DNA of 64,000 nucleotides from a virus (lineage: Duplodnaviria > Caudoviricetes), in the IMG/VR virus record IMGVR_UViG_3300032328_000860, positions 32,001-96,000 of that record. One strand, 5' to 3'. The position numbers and the translations under genes were made by a program. The notes under the pieces were generated by a model. It was not told the DNA's origin. It was given only the letters and a program-made list of their open reading frames with translations, and ran no database searches. Shown here piece by piece: positions 20,836 to 31,217 of the stretch (positions are counted from its first letter, which is position 1; each line of letters opens with the position of its first letter).

Positions 20836-22899
20836 TTAATGATCCATCCAGTTCTTATCATTAGAGCATTGTTGATATACCCAACTAACAGTTTTAACAA
20901 ATCGTCCATTAGTTGGTTCCCATGTTACATTATCTCCCTTAACAAATACTTGTCCTCTAGCTCCCATTGGGCCTAAACTTCGACCAACAATTGGAGTACC
21001 AAACATATAACCTGGTCTATCTCCGAAAGGTTTTAGTCCTTCAATAATACCAGTAATAGTCTGAAAGATTGTGCCTCCGGTCCACAAAGGACAATCGATA
21101 TTTTGCATGAAAAATCCTTTTAAGGATGACGGCGGAACAACTAATACTTCTATACTAATCTCTTTGCTACTAGATGTTTTTGTTCCTAAGTTTTGCAGTA
21201 TAGGTCCTAATGCTCGACCTAATACAAATGCTTCTCCAATAACGTCTGTTGGTCCGGTATCTGACATAGTAATATTTTCACTAATAACACCACTAATAAT
21301 AGTAAACTTATTATTAAATTCATAACTATATGAGATAGTACCTTTACGAGGATTGTGTCCTTCTGATGTGCTGACTGGTATAATATTTAATAATCCCAGA
21401 GTAGAATACATAGGATTATTTGGTGGTGGTGGAGGATTGGTTGCAGCATTAATGTACGGAGTATTACGATCTTTACTATTCATCACCAAACAAGCTCTAC
21501 GATAGAGATATGGTTTAATATCACTTAACCATCCACTAGCAGCATTTGCATATTTACTACCATAAAACTGATTAGTATCTGGAGAATTTTGGTCTGCAAC
21601 GTCTAAAAGCTTTTGAGGGCCGGTCGTCAATAATCCGCTAATTAATCCGCTACTATATGATAGATCTAATCTGGTAGGAGCAAGCTCATTTATTAAACCA
21701 GGATTACCTGTTAACGCTCCCGCAGCCGCCATACTTAAGCCTTTAATTTCTCCTTGTACTCTAACAGTATGTATATATTTTTCATCTGTTGACATTTCTA
21801 CGCTATAATCTTCTATATATCTGATACCAGTGGGCATAGCCAACCATGTATCTGTAACCTCATATTTAGCTTCCGTAATACTAAAATTAATAGATCTTAA
21901 ATGATTATATAAATAACCACCTCCTGATAGGTGTGGCCATGGATTAGGTATATTAGGAGGAGTAGTATTGATCGAAGTGGCTGGACCAATAGCTATTAAT
22001 CCGGTAACGGGTGCTGGACTAGTTTGTCCAGGATAGGTGCTCCAGCTATTAATACCGTAGCCTAATCTATAGTCTACCCATTTTTTAGCATTTAAATATG
22101 TACTATATTGTGCATTATTTCCTGTTCCAGACGGTACTCCGATAGCGCTAACGGTACGAGAAACTCTAAATTGTGGTATTGAGATAATATCCAAATCAAC
22201 ATCTACGCCGGGAGTAGCTCCTGATCCAGTTCTAGTACTAGCGCTACTAGTATTTACTGGCTGAGGATTATTCGCGGCAGGAGATGTTGGTTTCATCTTA
22301 GGATTATGATATTCTTGCTTTTGTTGAACTTTAGTTCTATATGAAGCATATGTATACTCTTCTAATGGTTCGATATTCCATGAATCGACCGTTCCTTTAA
22401 CTGAAAAACCGGATATTGCAGACTCATTGGCTTCTAATACTATTGTATAGTCTGCTGTAGTCACCCAATTGTCTGTGGTTTTAGAAAAATCCATACTCAT
22501 TACACGTACGCCGGTAGCGGCAAAAATCTGACCCGGAGGCTGACTAGACGACGGAGCCCCAGCACATGTGATTGACAACACCCCAAAATCATCCTTTGTA
22601 AATAATGATTTAAGCTGATTAATACCTGTTACTACAGGAGTAACTCCGCTTCCAAAGGACGTTAAAGTACCAGGATTACCGGTGCGTACAATTTTACCAG
22701 TTAGTGTAATCTTGGTGGTTAATACTTCTGCTCCTCCAGCAGCATTTCTTTCTGTGGTATAACTAATATCAACAAATGGAGTTGGACCAGCGATTTCATG
22801 AACACCAGATCCATTCCAACGTACTGCTACTGCTGGTTGTGGCTGTGTAGCTGTTTGTGCTGTTAATACTGTGTCAAGTATTTCCGATGAATATACCAT
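20836..22899 (-). CDS. Tail/baseplate structural protein (distal-tail-like), 687 aa
   Basis: Repeated tube-like beta patterns ('ITLTGKI', 'GTISYSYEFN', 'GRFVKTVSWVY'); 2-bp gap to the hub-like gene. Confidence 0.45.
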   Translation of the reverse strand: MVYSSEILDTVLTAQTATQPQPAVAVRWNGSGVHEIAGPTPFVDISYTTERNAAGGAEVLTTKITLTGKIVRTGNPGTLTSFGSGVTPVVTGINQLKSLFTKDDFGVLSITCAGAPSSSQPPGQIFAATGVRVMSMDFSKTTDNWVTTADYTIVLEANESAISGFSVKGTVDSWNIEPLEEYTYASYRTKVQQKQEYHNPKMKPTSPAANNPQPVNTSSASTRTGSGATPGVDVDLDIISIPQFRVSRTVSAIGVPSGTGNNAQYSTYLNAKKWVDYRLGYGINSWSTYPGQTSPAPVTGLIAIGPATSINTTPPNIPNPWPHLSGGGYLYNHLRSINFSITEAKYEVTDTWLAMPTGIRYIEDYSVEMSTDEKYIHTVRVQGEIKGLSMAAAGALTGNPGLINELAPTRLDLSYSSGLISGLLTTGPQKLLDVADQNSPDTNQFYGSKYANAASGWLSDIKPYLYRRACLVMNSKDRNTPYINAATNPPPPPNNPMYSTLGLLNIIPVSTSEGHNPRKGTISYSYEFNNKFTIISGVISENITMSDTGPTDVIGEAFVLGRALGPILQNLGTKTSSSKEISIEVLVVPPSSLKGFFMQNIDCPLWTGGTIFQTITGIIEGLKPFGDRPGYMFGTPIVGRSLGPMGARGQVFVKGDNVTWEPTNGRFVKTVSWVYQQCSNDKNWMDH

Positions 22900-22924
22900 G
22901 CTTGTGTCCTATTAAAATATCCTT

Positions 22925-24367
22925 TTACACTGATCTGCTTAATGTCGGGGTGGGAGTGGGGGTTGGTGTTGAAGTTGGTGTAGAACTAGCCAAATTATTC
23001 TCAAACAATGTCAAAGAATTAGGTATGATTTTACCATCAAATAAAAATCCTTTATATAGAACTTTAATTTCATCATTAGCATAAACTTGGTCTTGGTAAA
23101 TAAGTTGTCCAATATGAATAGGAGCACATAAACTTTTTGAAGGTGTTGGCGTTACTGTTCTTGTTGGAGTAATAGACGGAGTTGGTGTTCTAGTGGCTGT
23201 TGGAGTACGAGTAGGGGTTAGTGTCATTGATAAAGAAGGAGTAACACTAGGAGTAAGAGATCTTGTGGGCGTTAGTGAACGAGTAACTGTCACAGACGGG
23301 GTCGGACTTCTTGTTAGTGTGATGGTAAGAGTAGGAGTAGGAGTAGGCGTTTTAGTAGGAGTAAGTGTGGGACTAACTGATACAGTAATAGAGGGGGTGG
23401 GAGTTAGGCTAGAGGTTGGTGTGGCGGTAGGAGTAACCGTTCTAGTAGGAGTCGGACTAATACACACATTAGGCGTACCCCATGTATTATTCGGAGTGCC
23501 AAAATTATCGCTCACTACAGAATCCGGTAAAATATCAGACATAGTAGCATATGTCCAATAGCCAGGACTTCCGCTTTTATTAGGATCAAAATAAGCAGCT
23601 TTATACCACTCATTTTCATTTGGTAACCAATACGACTCTTTATTCTGTGGAGAAGGTTTTGGTCCGCTAGTAGCAAAATTAGTTAAAAGATATACTCCGT
23701 TTTCTGTAGTGCTTGGACCAGGTAAACCTATAGGTTTGTTGTTATATAACCAGTTAATATATCTAACAGCATTAAACCAGTTCATAAAATTTACTGGTTT
23801 ATTTCCCATATTAGGTAAAACAGAATATGAGTACGCTGTTGTTGAAGAACCAGATCTACTAATACCTCCTCTTTGTCGGCTATCTCCCATTTGAGACACC
23901 CATAAGCCTAACGGACGAGAACTGGCGCCAACAGCATTAAGAAATGCCGCATATTCATCATTAGTTACTGGATATTTTTGAATTTGATAGTTATAATTGA
24001 CACTGCCAAAATTATTATTACTAGAATCAGCTATATTATTAGTATTACCAACAACTACATAATTTACACTATCAATAAAATCAACAGTTTTAGCTAAACG
24101 AAATCCAACATCTCCACTTTTTAAATCTAGTGTTGCTACGCCAAAATAAGTTTTGGTTATCATAGATTGCGAAGACTGATATGATCCTCCTCTATATATA
24201 GAAAAGCCTCCACTAAAACTATCTAATAGCTCATTAATATTTCCTGCTTGATCATAAGTGCCATAATAGCTAGATCGTCCACTAGATCCTACTGTTGTTA
24301 AATTTCCGTCCACAGAATTCCAGTCTGCGGTATTATTATAATTAGCACTATTACAGGATGTTAACAT
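22925..24367 (-). CDS. Putative adhesin/fibre protein: permuted FGE-sulfatase (C-type-lectin fold) domain plus Pro/Thr-rich linker
   Basis: 'YGTYDQAGN', 'RGGSY', 'VGFRL', 'KYPVTNDEY..FLN', 'KPVNFMNW' and 'LPNENEWYKAAY' motifs; (TP)n tract ~23140-23457. Confidence 0.75.
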   Translation of the reverse strand: MLTSCNSANYNNTADWNSVDGNLTTVGSSGRSSYYGTYDQAGNINELLDSFSGGFSIYRGGSYQSSQSMITKTYFGVATLDLKSGDVGFRLAKTVDFIDSVNYVVVGNTNNIADSSNNNFGSVNYNYQIQKYPVTNDEYAAFLNAVGASSRPLGLWVSQMGDSRQRGGISRSGSSTTAYSYSVLPNMGNKPVNFMNWFNAVRYINWLYNNKPIGLPGPSTTENGVYLLTNFATSGPKPSPQNKESYWLPNENEWYKAAYFDPNKSGSPGYWTYATMSDILPDSVVSDNFGTPNNTWGTPNVCISPTPTRTVTPTATPTSSLTPTPSITVSVSPTLTPTKTPTPTPTLTITLTRSPTPSVTVTRSLTPTRSLTPSVTPSLSMTLTPTRTPTATRTPTPSITPTRTVTPTPSKSLCAPIHIGQLIYQDQVYANDEIKVLYKGFLFDGKIIPNSLTLFENNLASSTPTSTPTPTPTPTLSRSV

Positions 24368-24419
24368 TATTGGTCCTTTTATGACAAACTTCAGTATTAT
24401 ATTAATATAATAAGATATA

Positions 24420-27400
24420 TTAGCAAGGAGAAAGTCCGGTAGCTGTTTTATAAATCCAATCTAAATAGTTCTCAGTATTACATAATTGTTCTAGTAACTG
24501 ATAGCCTTCACCAATCATTAAAGTTTTAAATTGATCAACAGCAGTACCAATAGCTTCTCTGTTCATACTGCCGCTAGTATCTATAAAAATAACTATTCTT
24601 ATTGGCCGTAAGGATGACGGAGTAGGCATATTTGACCATATAGACTCTTTTTTGCTCTTAATAAAGGCTCCGGTTAAAGTTTGACCAGTTACAGGACAAG
24701 GAGGGGATTCTCTCGGAGTATCTACGACATTTGTTAATGGAATAGGGAGCGCGGGACTTGCGTTAGGAGGGAATATGCCCATACTCTGACAGCTATTAAG
24801 TCTAACATTAAATAATATAATTTTAGACGGATCATAGTTTTGATTGGTTATAAGAGTATTAAACTTGTTAACATCGGCAATCCAATCACTACTAATACTA
24901 CTATATGGAGTACTCTCATCAATAAATACCATAATATAATCTTGAGAATTAATAATACTTTGTGCTAGAGATGGCGTGGGAGTAGGAGTTACTGTTCTAG
25001 TAGGTGTTGGAAAGGGCGTTTTTGTGGGTGTTGGTGTTCTTGTTATATTACATATATTATGATTATTACAAATTACAGAATAAGTAGTATCAGAATTAAT
25101 ATTTGAAGAATAATGTACTATTTCATTATTATTAGCTAAAACTTTAACATTTAATGACCAAGATGTAATAATTTTATGTTTTTTAATTAATAGTGGAATA
25201 GAGAATGAAGATGCGGATGCTCTGAATGAATATGAGTATTTGTCTAAAGATATATTATATGGGCTAGTTTTATCAACAGAAAATATTATAGTATAATTAG
25301 TATGAGGAATAAGATCATTTACTTCTACAAAAATAGAATCAGATGTATATTCCCATGGTCCTATGCCAAACTCATCAACATCAGAACATTCCGGCTCAAT
25401 ATCACTTTGAGTAGCATAAGTCCAGTATCCACTGTTTATACCAGATCCCTTATAATAAGCAGCTTTATACATTTCATTAAAAGATGGTATATAGTATGAG
25501 CCTGACGGATTAATTGTTATTATGTTTTCATTAGTAGATAGATCATAAACACCAGAATCCGTATGTCTAGAATCAGGATTATCAACCAGATTATGCAGCC
25601 AGTTGCAATAGCGAGCAGCCATAAACCAATTAATGCCTACAACGGGCTTATCATCCATATTGGGCTTAACTTTATATTTAGATCCAAAGTCCTGATATTC
25701 ATCAAATATAACGCCATTATTATAAGAATTAGAATTTGCATAAACATTTTGTGGATGTACTATTGGCTGACCAAAACCATTTGTAGCAGATGAGGTTTGA
25801 TAAAATGTGCCACTAGGATCTACTATATTTAAATATTTAGTATAATCACTATTAGTAACCTCTAATCTATTAATTAGATAACTATCCTCTACACAACCAA
25901 CAGCTTTATGGGTTGATCCGGCTAAGTCTTTAAGACCAACAGTTCTATATTCTGTATTATTTAATAGAATAGGTGTGGTATTTCCTATATCATTGTCTAT
26001 ATCTATAGTATACCAATAACCACTAGAAATATCATGACCATATAATACATTATTCCCAAAAGCAATTTGAAGACCAGTATTACTAACAGCGCCATGTATA
26101 ATACCGCTGACTAATAATGTTGGGTTATTATATGGAGGAACAGTGTTTTCATTTAAATTAATACCATATAGCAATCCTTTATTTGTTACTCCATAAAGCA
26201 TTCCTTCATATATTGATATGTCACTAACGTCATTATTTATACCCAGACCCATAGGTACAACCCATTTTTCGGAACTAGTAGCATATGACGTACCAGATAA
26301 AGAAATTATATTTATTTTATATAGATCATCGGTTTGATTATCAAAATACCAATAACTATTATCATAATAAGAGGCATTAGTTATGGCCCCAGATACCAAT
26401 ACTGAGCCCGATACTAAAGGCTGTGGGGATAACTGAGTATTAGTATTAATATTGATTGAACTATAATATAAGCCAGAAGCATATAGGCCGTCCCCATTAT
26501 AGTGATAATACAATATATTGTTAGCATTATCGTATGCCAAACCATCTACGAAGTCTAAATTTAGAAAATTGTTATGAGTTTTAGTATTAGAGGCTAATTT
26601 AAAATTAGGGTTTATACTCCAAATATTATTATTTCTACTGACACCATAAATATTAATATCGTTTAAGATAGAAGGATTGTTGTTATTGTCTTGAACTTGT
26701 GCAAAATTAGGTAAAGATAAAGGATTATTCTTAGAGGCAAGCCTAAAGCCTACATAATCTAAAGAGCTGTACGAACTATATGTTCCTGGTACTAATCCAT
26801 AATTATTATGAATATAGTTTTTAGATATGTTAGTAGCAGAATCCATAAAAGATCCGCCGAATAATAGGTGTGCATAGGACTCATAAGACCCATGATAAAA
26901 ACCTATTTGATCAGATGTCCATTCCCAAACGTTTCCGCTCATATCAAATGTGCCATATGCGCTAGGACAGCCGTTATACCCTACTGATGATACATTTGTT
27001 GACCCTTGCCATTCAACACATTTTTTATAGTTGGCTTTATTAAGATTATCAATATCTAAGCCCGGCAATAATAAATTCAAACTCGGAGTTGGTGTTGGAG
27101 ACAGTGTCGCGGTCGGTGTCTGGGTGGGGGTAATACTGTTTGTAACAGTAACTGTTGGCGTGACTGTATTAGTTGGCGTAACCGTAGGAGTTGCTGTGCT
27201 AGTGGGAGTAATGCTTCTAGTTAAGGTTTGTGTAGGAGTTACTGTTGGCGTAACCGTTGTTGTTGGTGTGACTGTTGGTGTAGTTGTTACTGTTGGTGTG
27301 GTTGTTGGAGTAACAGTAGAAGTTGCTGTTCTGGTGGGGGTAATGCTTCTAGTTAAGGTTTGTGTAGGAGTTACTGTTGGCGTAACCGTTTCTGTTGGTG

Positions 27401-28757
27401 TGACTGTTGGCGTAACCGTTTCTGTTGGTGTGACTGTTGGTGTAGTTGTTGCTGTTGGTGTGACTGTTGGTGTAGTTGTTGCTGTTGGTGTGACTGTTGG
27501 TGTAGTTGTTGCTGTTGGTGTGACTGTTGGAGTTGGAGTATTACTACTAGTTGGCGTTATTGTTATAGTCGGTGTGACTGTGGCCGTTATCGTAGGCGTA
27601 GTTGTTGGTGTTGTTGTAATAGTTGGCGTGATAGTATTTGTTGGTGTTGGTGTTGGGGTTCGTGAAGGATCTATTTGCCAAGAATTAATAATTACTCTAC
27701 CATTGTCCACCATCCCCGCACCATCAAAAAAAGCATTTCCTATTGCTATGTATTCACCATTATCACTCAAGCTAACATGTGTGCCGGCTATCATAACAGA
27801 GCCTCGTAGCACAGCTGTAGCACTTGTTATATCATATACAAAAGTGCCGTTAGTAGCGCTTAGAGCTACGAAAGAACCAGAACCATTTAAGCTTATACTA
27901 GGATTCAACTTAGAGACAGACTGAAGGCTAATAATAGAAAATCCTGCCCAATTAGCACCATTCCATTGGTATTTATAGTAATCTGCTAACTGAGGCATAC
28001 TACCACCGACAGTATATTCAAATCCAAAAAACATAGTATTGCCATCATTACTAAGCTCTACTTGCTTAATAATATATGCAAAGCCAACGGATCCTTTAGC
28101 TACCCAATTAGCACCATTCCAGGCAAAAGCTCTAACCACGCCATAACCAGGAGTGGTCTGTAAAGCAGAATAGGCTACAGTAAAACCATCGCTGCTCAAA
28201 GATACTGATGATAACCCACTATCTCCATAAGAAGAAAGGTTAATAGTCCCTAATGGCATCCAGCTATTGCTACTAGATTCCCATGTGAATACTTTTATTC
28301 CTGTAGTACTTATGACTGCGATGGTGTTGCCGTCGCTACTAATATCCACATCTTTACCAAATTCATCACCAGAGATAGATCCGTTTATATCGTTTCCTCT
28401 TTGAATCCAATCCGTACTATTCCAATCATATACTCTAGCGCTACCGCCATTAATAGCTCCTCCATCATTAAATGGAGCGCCGATTACCAATACGGACCCA
28501 TCGCTATTTAGTTTAACACTAGATCCGTGTCTGTCACCAAGGGTTTCTCCATAAATATCAGATCCTCTCTGAGTCCAGGACAAGCCTATTCTTTCATAAA
28601 CTCTAACAGCCCCGCTATCGGAACCACCTGTATCAAAATATGGAGAACCTATTGCTAGTACTACCCCATTGTCATTTAGGCTTATGCTACTGCCAGTAGA
28701 ATCTCCACTATTAATACCGTCAATAGGATTACCAACAGCATACCAGTTATAAGACAT
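24420..28757 (-). CDS. Multidomain adhesin/fibre: FG-GAP-like propeller, Pro/Thr stalk, permuted FGE domain with inserted propeller, Ig-like segment, vWA/MIDAS-like C-terminus
   Basis: 'GSSISLNDNGVVLAIGSP' and 'GSSVKLNSDGSVLVIGAP' repeats; PT tract 27080-27660; FGE motifs; 'IFIDTSGSM' at 24564-24590. Confidence 0.75.
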   Translation of the reverse strand: MSYNWYAVGNPIDGINSGDSTGSSISLNDNGVVLAIGSPYFDTGGSDSGAVRVYERIGLSWTQRGSDIYGETLGDRHGSSVKLNSDGSVLVIGAPFNDGGAINGGSARVYDWNSTDWIQRGNDINGSISGDEFGKDVDISSDGNTIAVISTTGIKVFTWESSSNSWMPLGTINLSSYGDSGLSSVSLSSDGFTVAYSALQTTPGYGVVRAFAWNGANWVAKGSVGFAYIIKQVELSNDGNTMFFGFEYTVGGSMPQLADYYKYQWNGANWAGFSIISLQSVSKLNPSISLNGSGSFVALSATNGTFVYDITSATAVLRGSVMIAGTHVSLSDNGEYIAIGNAFFDGAGMVDNGRVIINSWQIDPSRTPTPTPTNTITPTITTTPTTTPTITATVTPTITITPTSSNTPTPTVTPTATTTPTVTPTATTTPTVTPTATTTPTVTPTETVTPTVTPTETVTPTVTPTQTLTRSITPTRTATSTVTPTTTPTVTTTPTVTPTTTVTPTVTPTQTLTRSITPTSTATPTVTPTNTVTPTVTVTNSITPTQTPTATLSPTPTPSLNLLLPGLDIDNLNKANYKKCVEWQGSTNVSSVGYNGCPSAYGTFDMSGNVWEWTSDQIGFYHGSYESYAHLLFGGSFMDSATNISKNYIHNNYGLVPGTYSSYSSLDYVGFRLASKNNPLSLPNFAQVQDNNNNPSILNDINIYGVSRNNNIWSINPNFKLASNTKTHNNFLNLDFVDGLAYDNANNILYYHYNGDGLYASGLYYSSININTNTQLSPQPLVSGSVLVSGAITNASYYDNSYWYFDNQTDDLYKINIISLSGTSYATSSEKWVVPMGLGINNDVSDISIYEGMLYGVTNKGLLYGINLNENTVPPYNNPTLLVSGIIHGAVSNTGLQIAFGNNVLYGHDISSGYWYTIDIDNDIGNTTPILLNNTEYRTVGLKDLAGSTHKAVGCVEDSYLINRLEVTNSDYTKYLNIVDPSGTFYQTSSATNGFGQPIVHPQNVYANSNSYNNGVIFDEYQDFGSKYKVKPNMDDKPVVGINWFMAARYCNWLHNLVDNPDSRHTDSGVYDLSTNENIITINPSGSYYIPSFNEMYKAAYYKGSGINSGYWTYATQSDIEPECSDVDEFGIGPWEYTSDSIFVEVNDLIPHTNYTIIFSVDKTSPYNISLDKYSYSFRASASSFSIPLLIKKHKIITSWSLNVKVLANNNEIVHYSSNINSDTTYSVICNNHNICNITRTPTPTKTPFPTPTRTVTPTPTPSLAQSIINSQDYIMVFIDESTPYSSISSDWIADVNKFNTLITNQNYDPSKIILFNVRLNSCQSMGIFPPNASPALPIPLTNVVDTPRESPPCPVTGQTLTGAFIKSKKESIWSNMPTPSSLRPIRIVIFIDTSGSMNREAIGTAVDQFKTLMIGEGYQLLEQLCNTENYLDWIYKTATGLSPC
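27080..27660 (-). repeat. Coding tandem repeat (Pro/Thr stalk)
   Basis: 30-nt unit (TPTVTPTATT) repeated over 27422-27530, and an exact 51-nt duplication at 27208-27258 / 27340-27390. Confidence 0.9.
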
Positions 28758-28882
28758 AAATGCTCCTTATTCCAATATGTCTATAAGCTGTAGTTGTGCT
28801 ATAAACAATATTGTCAAAGCGAATAATACCGAGTCCTGAACTAGATAACATTATAAACATCCTCTAAGTTTATTTCCTTAAA

Positions 28883-31183
28883 TTAATTACATTCTGGTCC
28901 ACATCTAACCACCACAAAACTATTAGCCTGAGAATTAGAAACAGTATTTCTAACTCTGCACTCTAAAATAGCTTGTTCTCTATTAGTCAAATTAGTAGAC
29001 ATTAATGCCATTATAGAACCCACTCCGTTTTTATTTAAAAGCAAGGTTCCGCTACTAGGAGATAAAATAATGTTTTCTGATCCAGAAATCCAGTTATAGG
29101 TATGAGATTCACCAGGAACAGCGCCTGTGATATTAGCAGCAATTAATCGTGTACCAGAACAACAATTCAATGGCAAGGTGAGTATTGGGGCACCCGAAAT
29201 AGCTACGGACAAATTGGTATCAGGCAAACAATTGTTGCAAACCACGGAAAAATCTTCGCTAATTACTGGAGCAACATCACAACTCTTAGGACGAATAGAC
29301 ATATTAAAATTAAAGAATTTTTTATTTGAATTCTTATATACACTATTGCTTCTATAATTAGAGTAAACATCTCGGTTATCTATAGCACAAGACCCGCTAG
29401 GAAAACAGAAGCTCAAATCTGTCTGTACCAATTTATTAGAAGATACTGCTAAAAATTCTCCAGATTGTTTAGATACAACCATAGGCCAATTGCCGTCTAG
29501 TCCATTAATAGTATATGTATATCTTTGTCCAGGATTTAGATTGCTCACAGTGGTATTGACCTGATAATTATTATTTCCAGGACCAGATAGTGTTTCTCCT
29601 AAAGAACCATGGTCTATAACAATCTTGGATAAGCAATCAATACACATAACCATCATGTCATTACTGCTATAAACAGCAGTGTTACAATCATCTTGTCGAA
29701 CTTCTAGTTTAAATCTAGTATGCTTATCGCTGTCAACAATAGCAGCATAACATGATTCGTCTAAACTATTGACTAAAACTCTGTCATCTGTTCTGGGGCA
29801 TAGTCCAGTAGACGAGCAAAATGTTAAAGACACAGGAATTTGAGCAGTAGATCCTTGGGCCAGAAATGATCCGCTAACAGGATATATAGTTGCTGGCCAA
29901 TTGGCATCTATGCCTTTAAAACTATATTTATAGCTTTTTCCTGGATCTAAATTAGAAAGATTAGCAATGAAGTTGCTTGTGTTTTTAGAATTTCTATCTA
30001 AAGTAGATGAAGATGGTAGTGACACTTGTACTTTTGGAATACAATCATTGCACACAGCCATTAGCTCATTACTTGTAAAAGATACCGGATTATCACAATC
30101 TAATTGAGTAACTAATAATTTGGTTCTTGCTAACTTGTCCAAGCATTGATTGTCTAACGTATATCTTAGAGTATCATCAGACGAACATACTCCCGTAGTT
30201 CTGCAGAACATTAGTTTAGTGGGAATATTAACATTAGTCATGGCTGAAGAAACTATACCGCTTATAGGATAAATACTAACGGGCCAATTAGAATCTATGC
30301 TACTAAAAACATATTGATAAGATGCTCCTGTAACCAAATCTTTTAATTCTGTGTTAAAAGATATTTTATTAGAATCATTTAACTCCAACATAGAAGGAAT
30401 GGTAGCAGAAGGCTTCTTTATACAACCACGGCATACTAAAGAAATATTGCTCTTTGTAGCTGTTTGGTATACTTTATCTCCTACCGGAGAAACACTAACT
30501 TGTAAAATAGAATATAATTCTTCGGCATTGGCACAGTTTTCTAAAGAGTTATAAGGTAAAGCTGTGCTTTCTGAACATCCGTCAACTGATGGACAAAAAG
30601 AAACTATAGCATTAATACTATAATTATCCTGTGGTGTTTGAATATATCCAGATATTGGTAATACTTTAACAGGCCAATTGGCGTCCAATCCAGTGATGGA
30701 GTATCTATACAATTGATTAGGAATTAATCCGGATATTTTTGTTGATATATTTGTATTATTGCCAGAAGCATCATCCATAACCACATTTATAGACTCTACT
30801 CCTAGTTTAGGTAAACAATCTTCACACTCTACTTCACAAGGGTATGTAAAAGCTATTTTCCCTGTGGATTTTTCTACAACAGATAGTCCCATTACAGAAT
30901 ACAGACTTTCTGGACCTATATCTAAACCAGGAATAGACATATCTGTATTAGGCATGTTAAAAAATACTGTTGGATCTGTTGGAGGACAATATCCTGTTGT
31001 GGGACAAAAATAAGCAAATGTTTTAATGCTATAAATAGCGTCCTTATTTGTTGCAAAAAACTCTCCTGATAATGGCGAAACCCTAATGGGCCAATTGCCT
31101 CCTTTATTGGTAAAAGAAAAAGAATATTGCTCGTATGGCTTAAGTCCACTAACTTTAATATCGATAGGTTTCACGTTTGACAT
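28883..31183 (-). CDS. Cys-rich repeat structural protein (5 full + 1 degenerate ~130-aa 'NWP' repeats)
   Basis: Repeating L.P...Y.Y...NWP..V.P.SG...FC...G.C...V.CxxC pattern. Confidence 0.75.
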   Translation of the reverse strand: MSNVKPIDIKVSGLKPYEQYSFSFTNKGGNWPIRVSPLSGEFFATNKDAIYSIKTFAYFCPTTGYCPPTDPTVFFNMPNTDMSIPGLDIGPESLYSVMGLSVVEKSTGKIAFTYPCEVECEDCLPKLGVESINVVMDDASGNNTNISTKISGLIPNQLYRYSITGLDANWPVKVLPISGYIQTPQDNYSINAIVSFCPSVDGCSESTALPYNSLENCANAEELYSILQVSVSPVGDKVYQTATKSNISLVCRGCIKKPSATIPSMLELNDSNKISFNTELKDLVTGASYQYVFSSIDSNWPVSIYPISGIVSSAMTNVNIPTKLMFCRTTGVCSSDDTLRYTLDNQCLDKLARTKLLVTQLDCDNPVSFTSNELMAVCNDCIPKVQVSLPSSSTLDRNSKNTSNFIANLSNLDPGKSYKYSFKGIDANWPATIYPVSGSFLAQGSTAQIPVSLTFCSSTGLCPRTDDRVLVNSLDESCYAAIVDSDKHTRFKLEVRQDDCNTAVYSSNDMMVMCIDCLSKIVIDHGSLGETLSGPGNNNYQVNTTVSNLNPGQRYTYTINGLDGNWPMVVSKQSGEFLAVSSNKLVQTDLSFCFPSGSCAIDNRDVYSNYRSNSVYKNSNKKFFNFNMSIRPKSCDVAPVISEDFSVVCNNCLPDTNLSVAISGAPILTLPLNCCSGTRLIAANITGAVPGESHTYNWISGSENIILSPSSGTLLLNKNGVGSIMALMSTNLTNREQAILECRVRNTVSNSQANSFVVVRCGPECN

Positions 31184-31217
31184 ATTAGTTTCTCTGATTG
31201 TAGTTTGAGAGGAAATA

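Noticed and set aside
24395-24412. Perfect 18-bp palindrome TATTATATTAATATAATA in an intergenic gap
   Set aside because: A/T-only in an AT-rich genome and single copy; could be an operator but unsupported.
27380-27530. Regular 30-nt repeats as a possible CRISPR array
   Set aside because: No unique spacers; the repeats are in-frame coding units.
27031-27924. 297-aa Val/Gly-rich + strand ORF and the Cys/Trp-rich ORF 27360-27665
   Set aside because: Antisense shadows of the Pro/Thr repeat in the minus-strand adhesin; same for 23193-23561.
28747-28860. 37-aa minus-strand ORF (MFIMLSSSGLGIIRFDNIVYS...) in the gap between fibre genes
   Set aside because: Too short to support without homologs, although GAGG precedes its second ATG.
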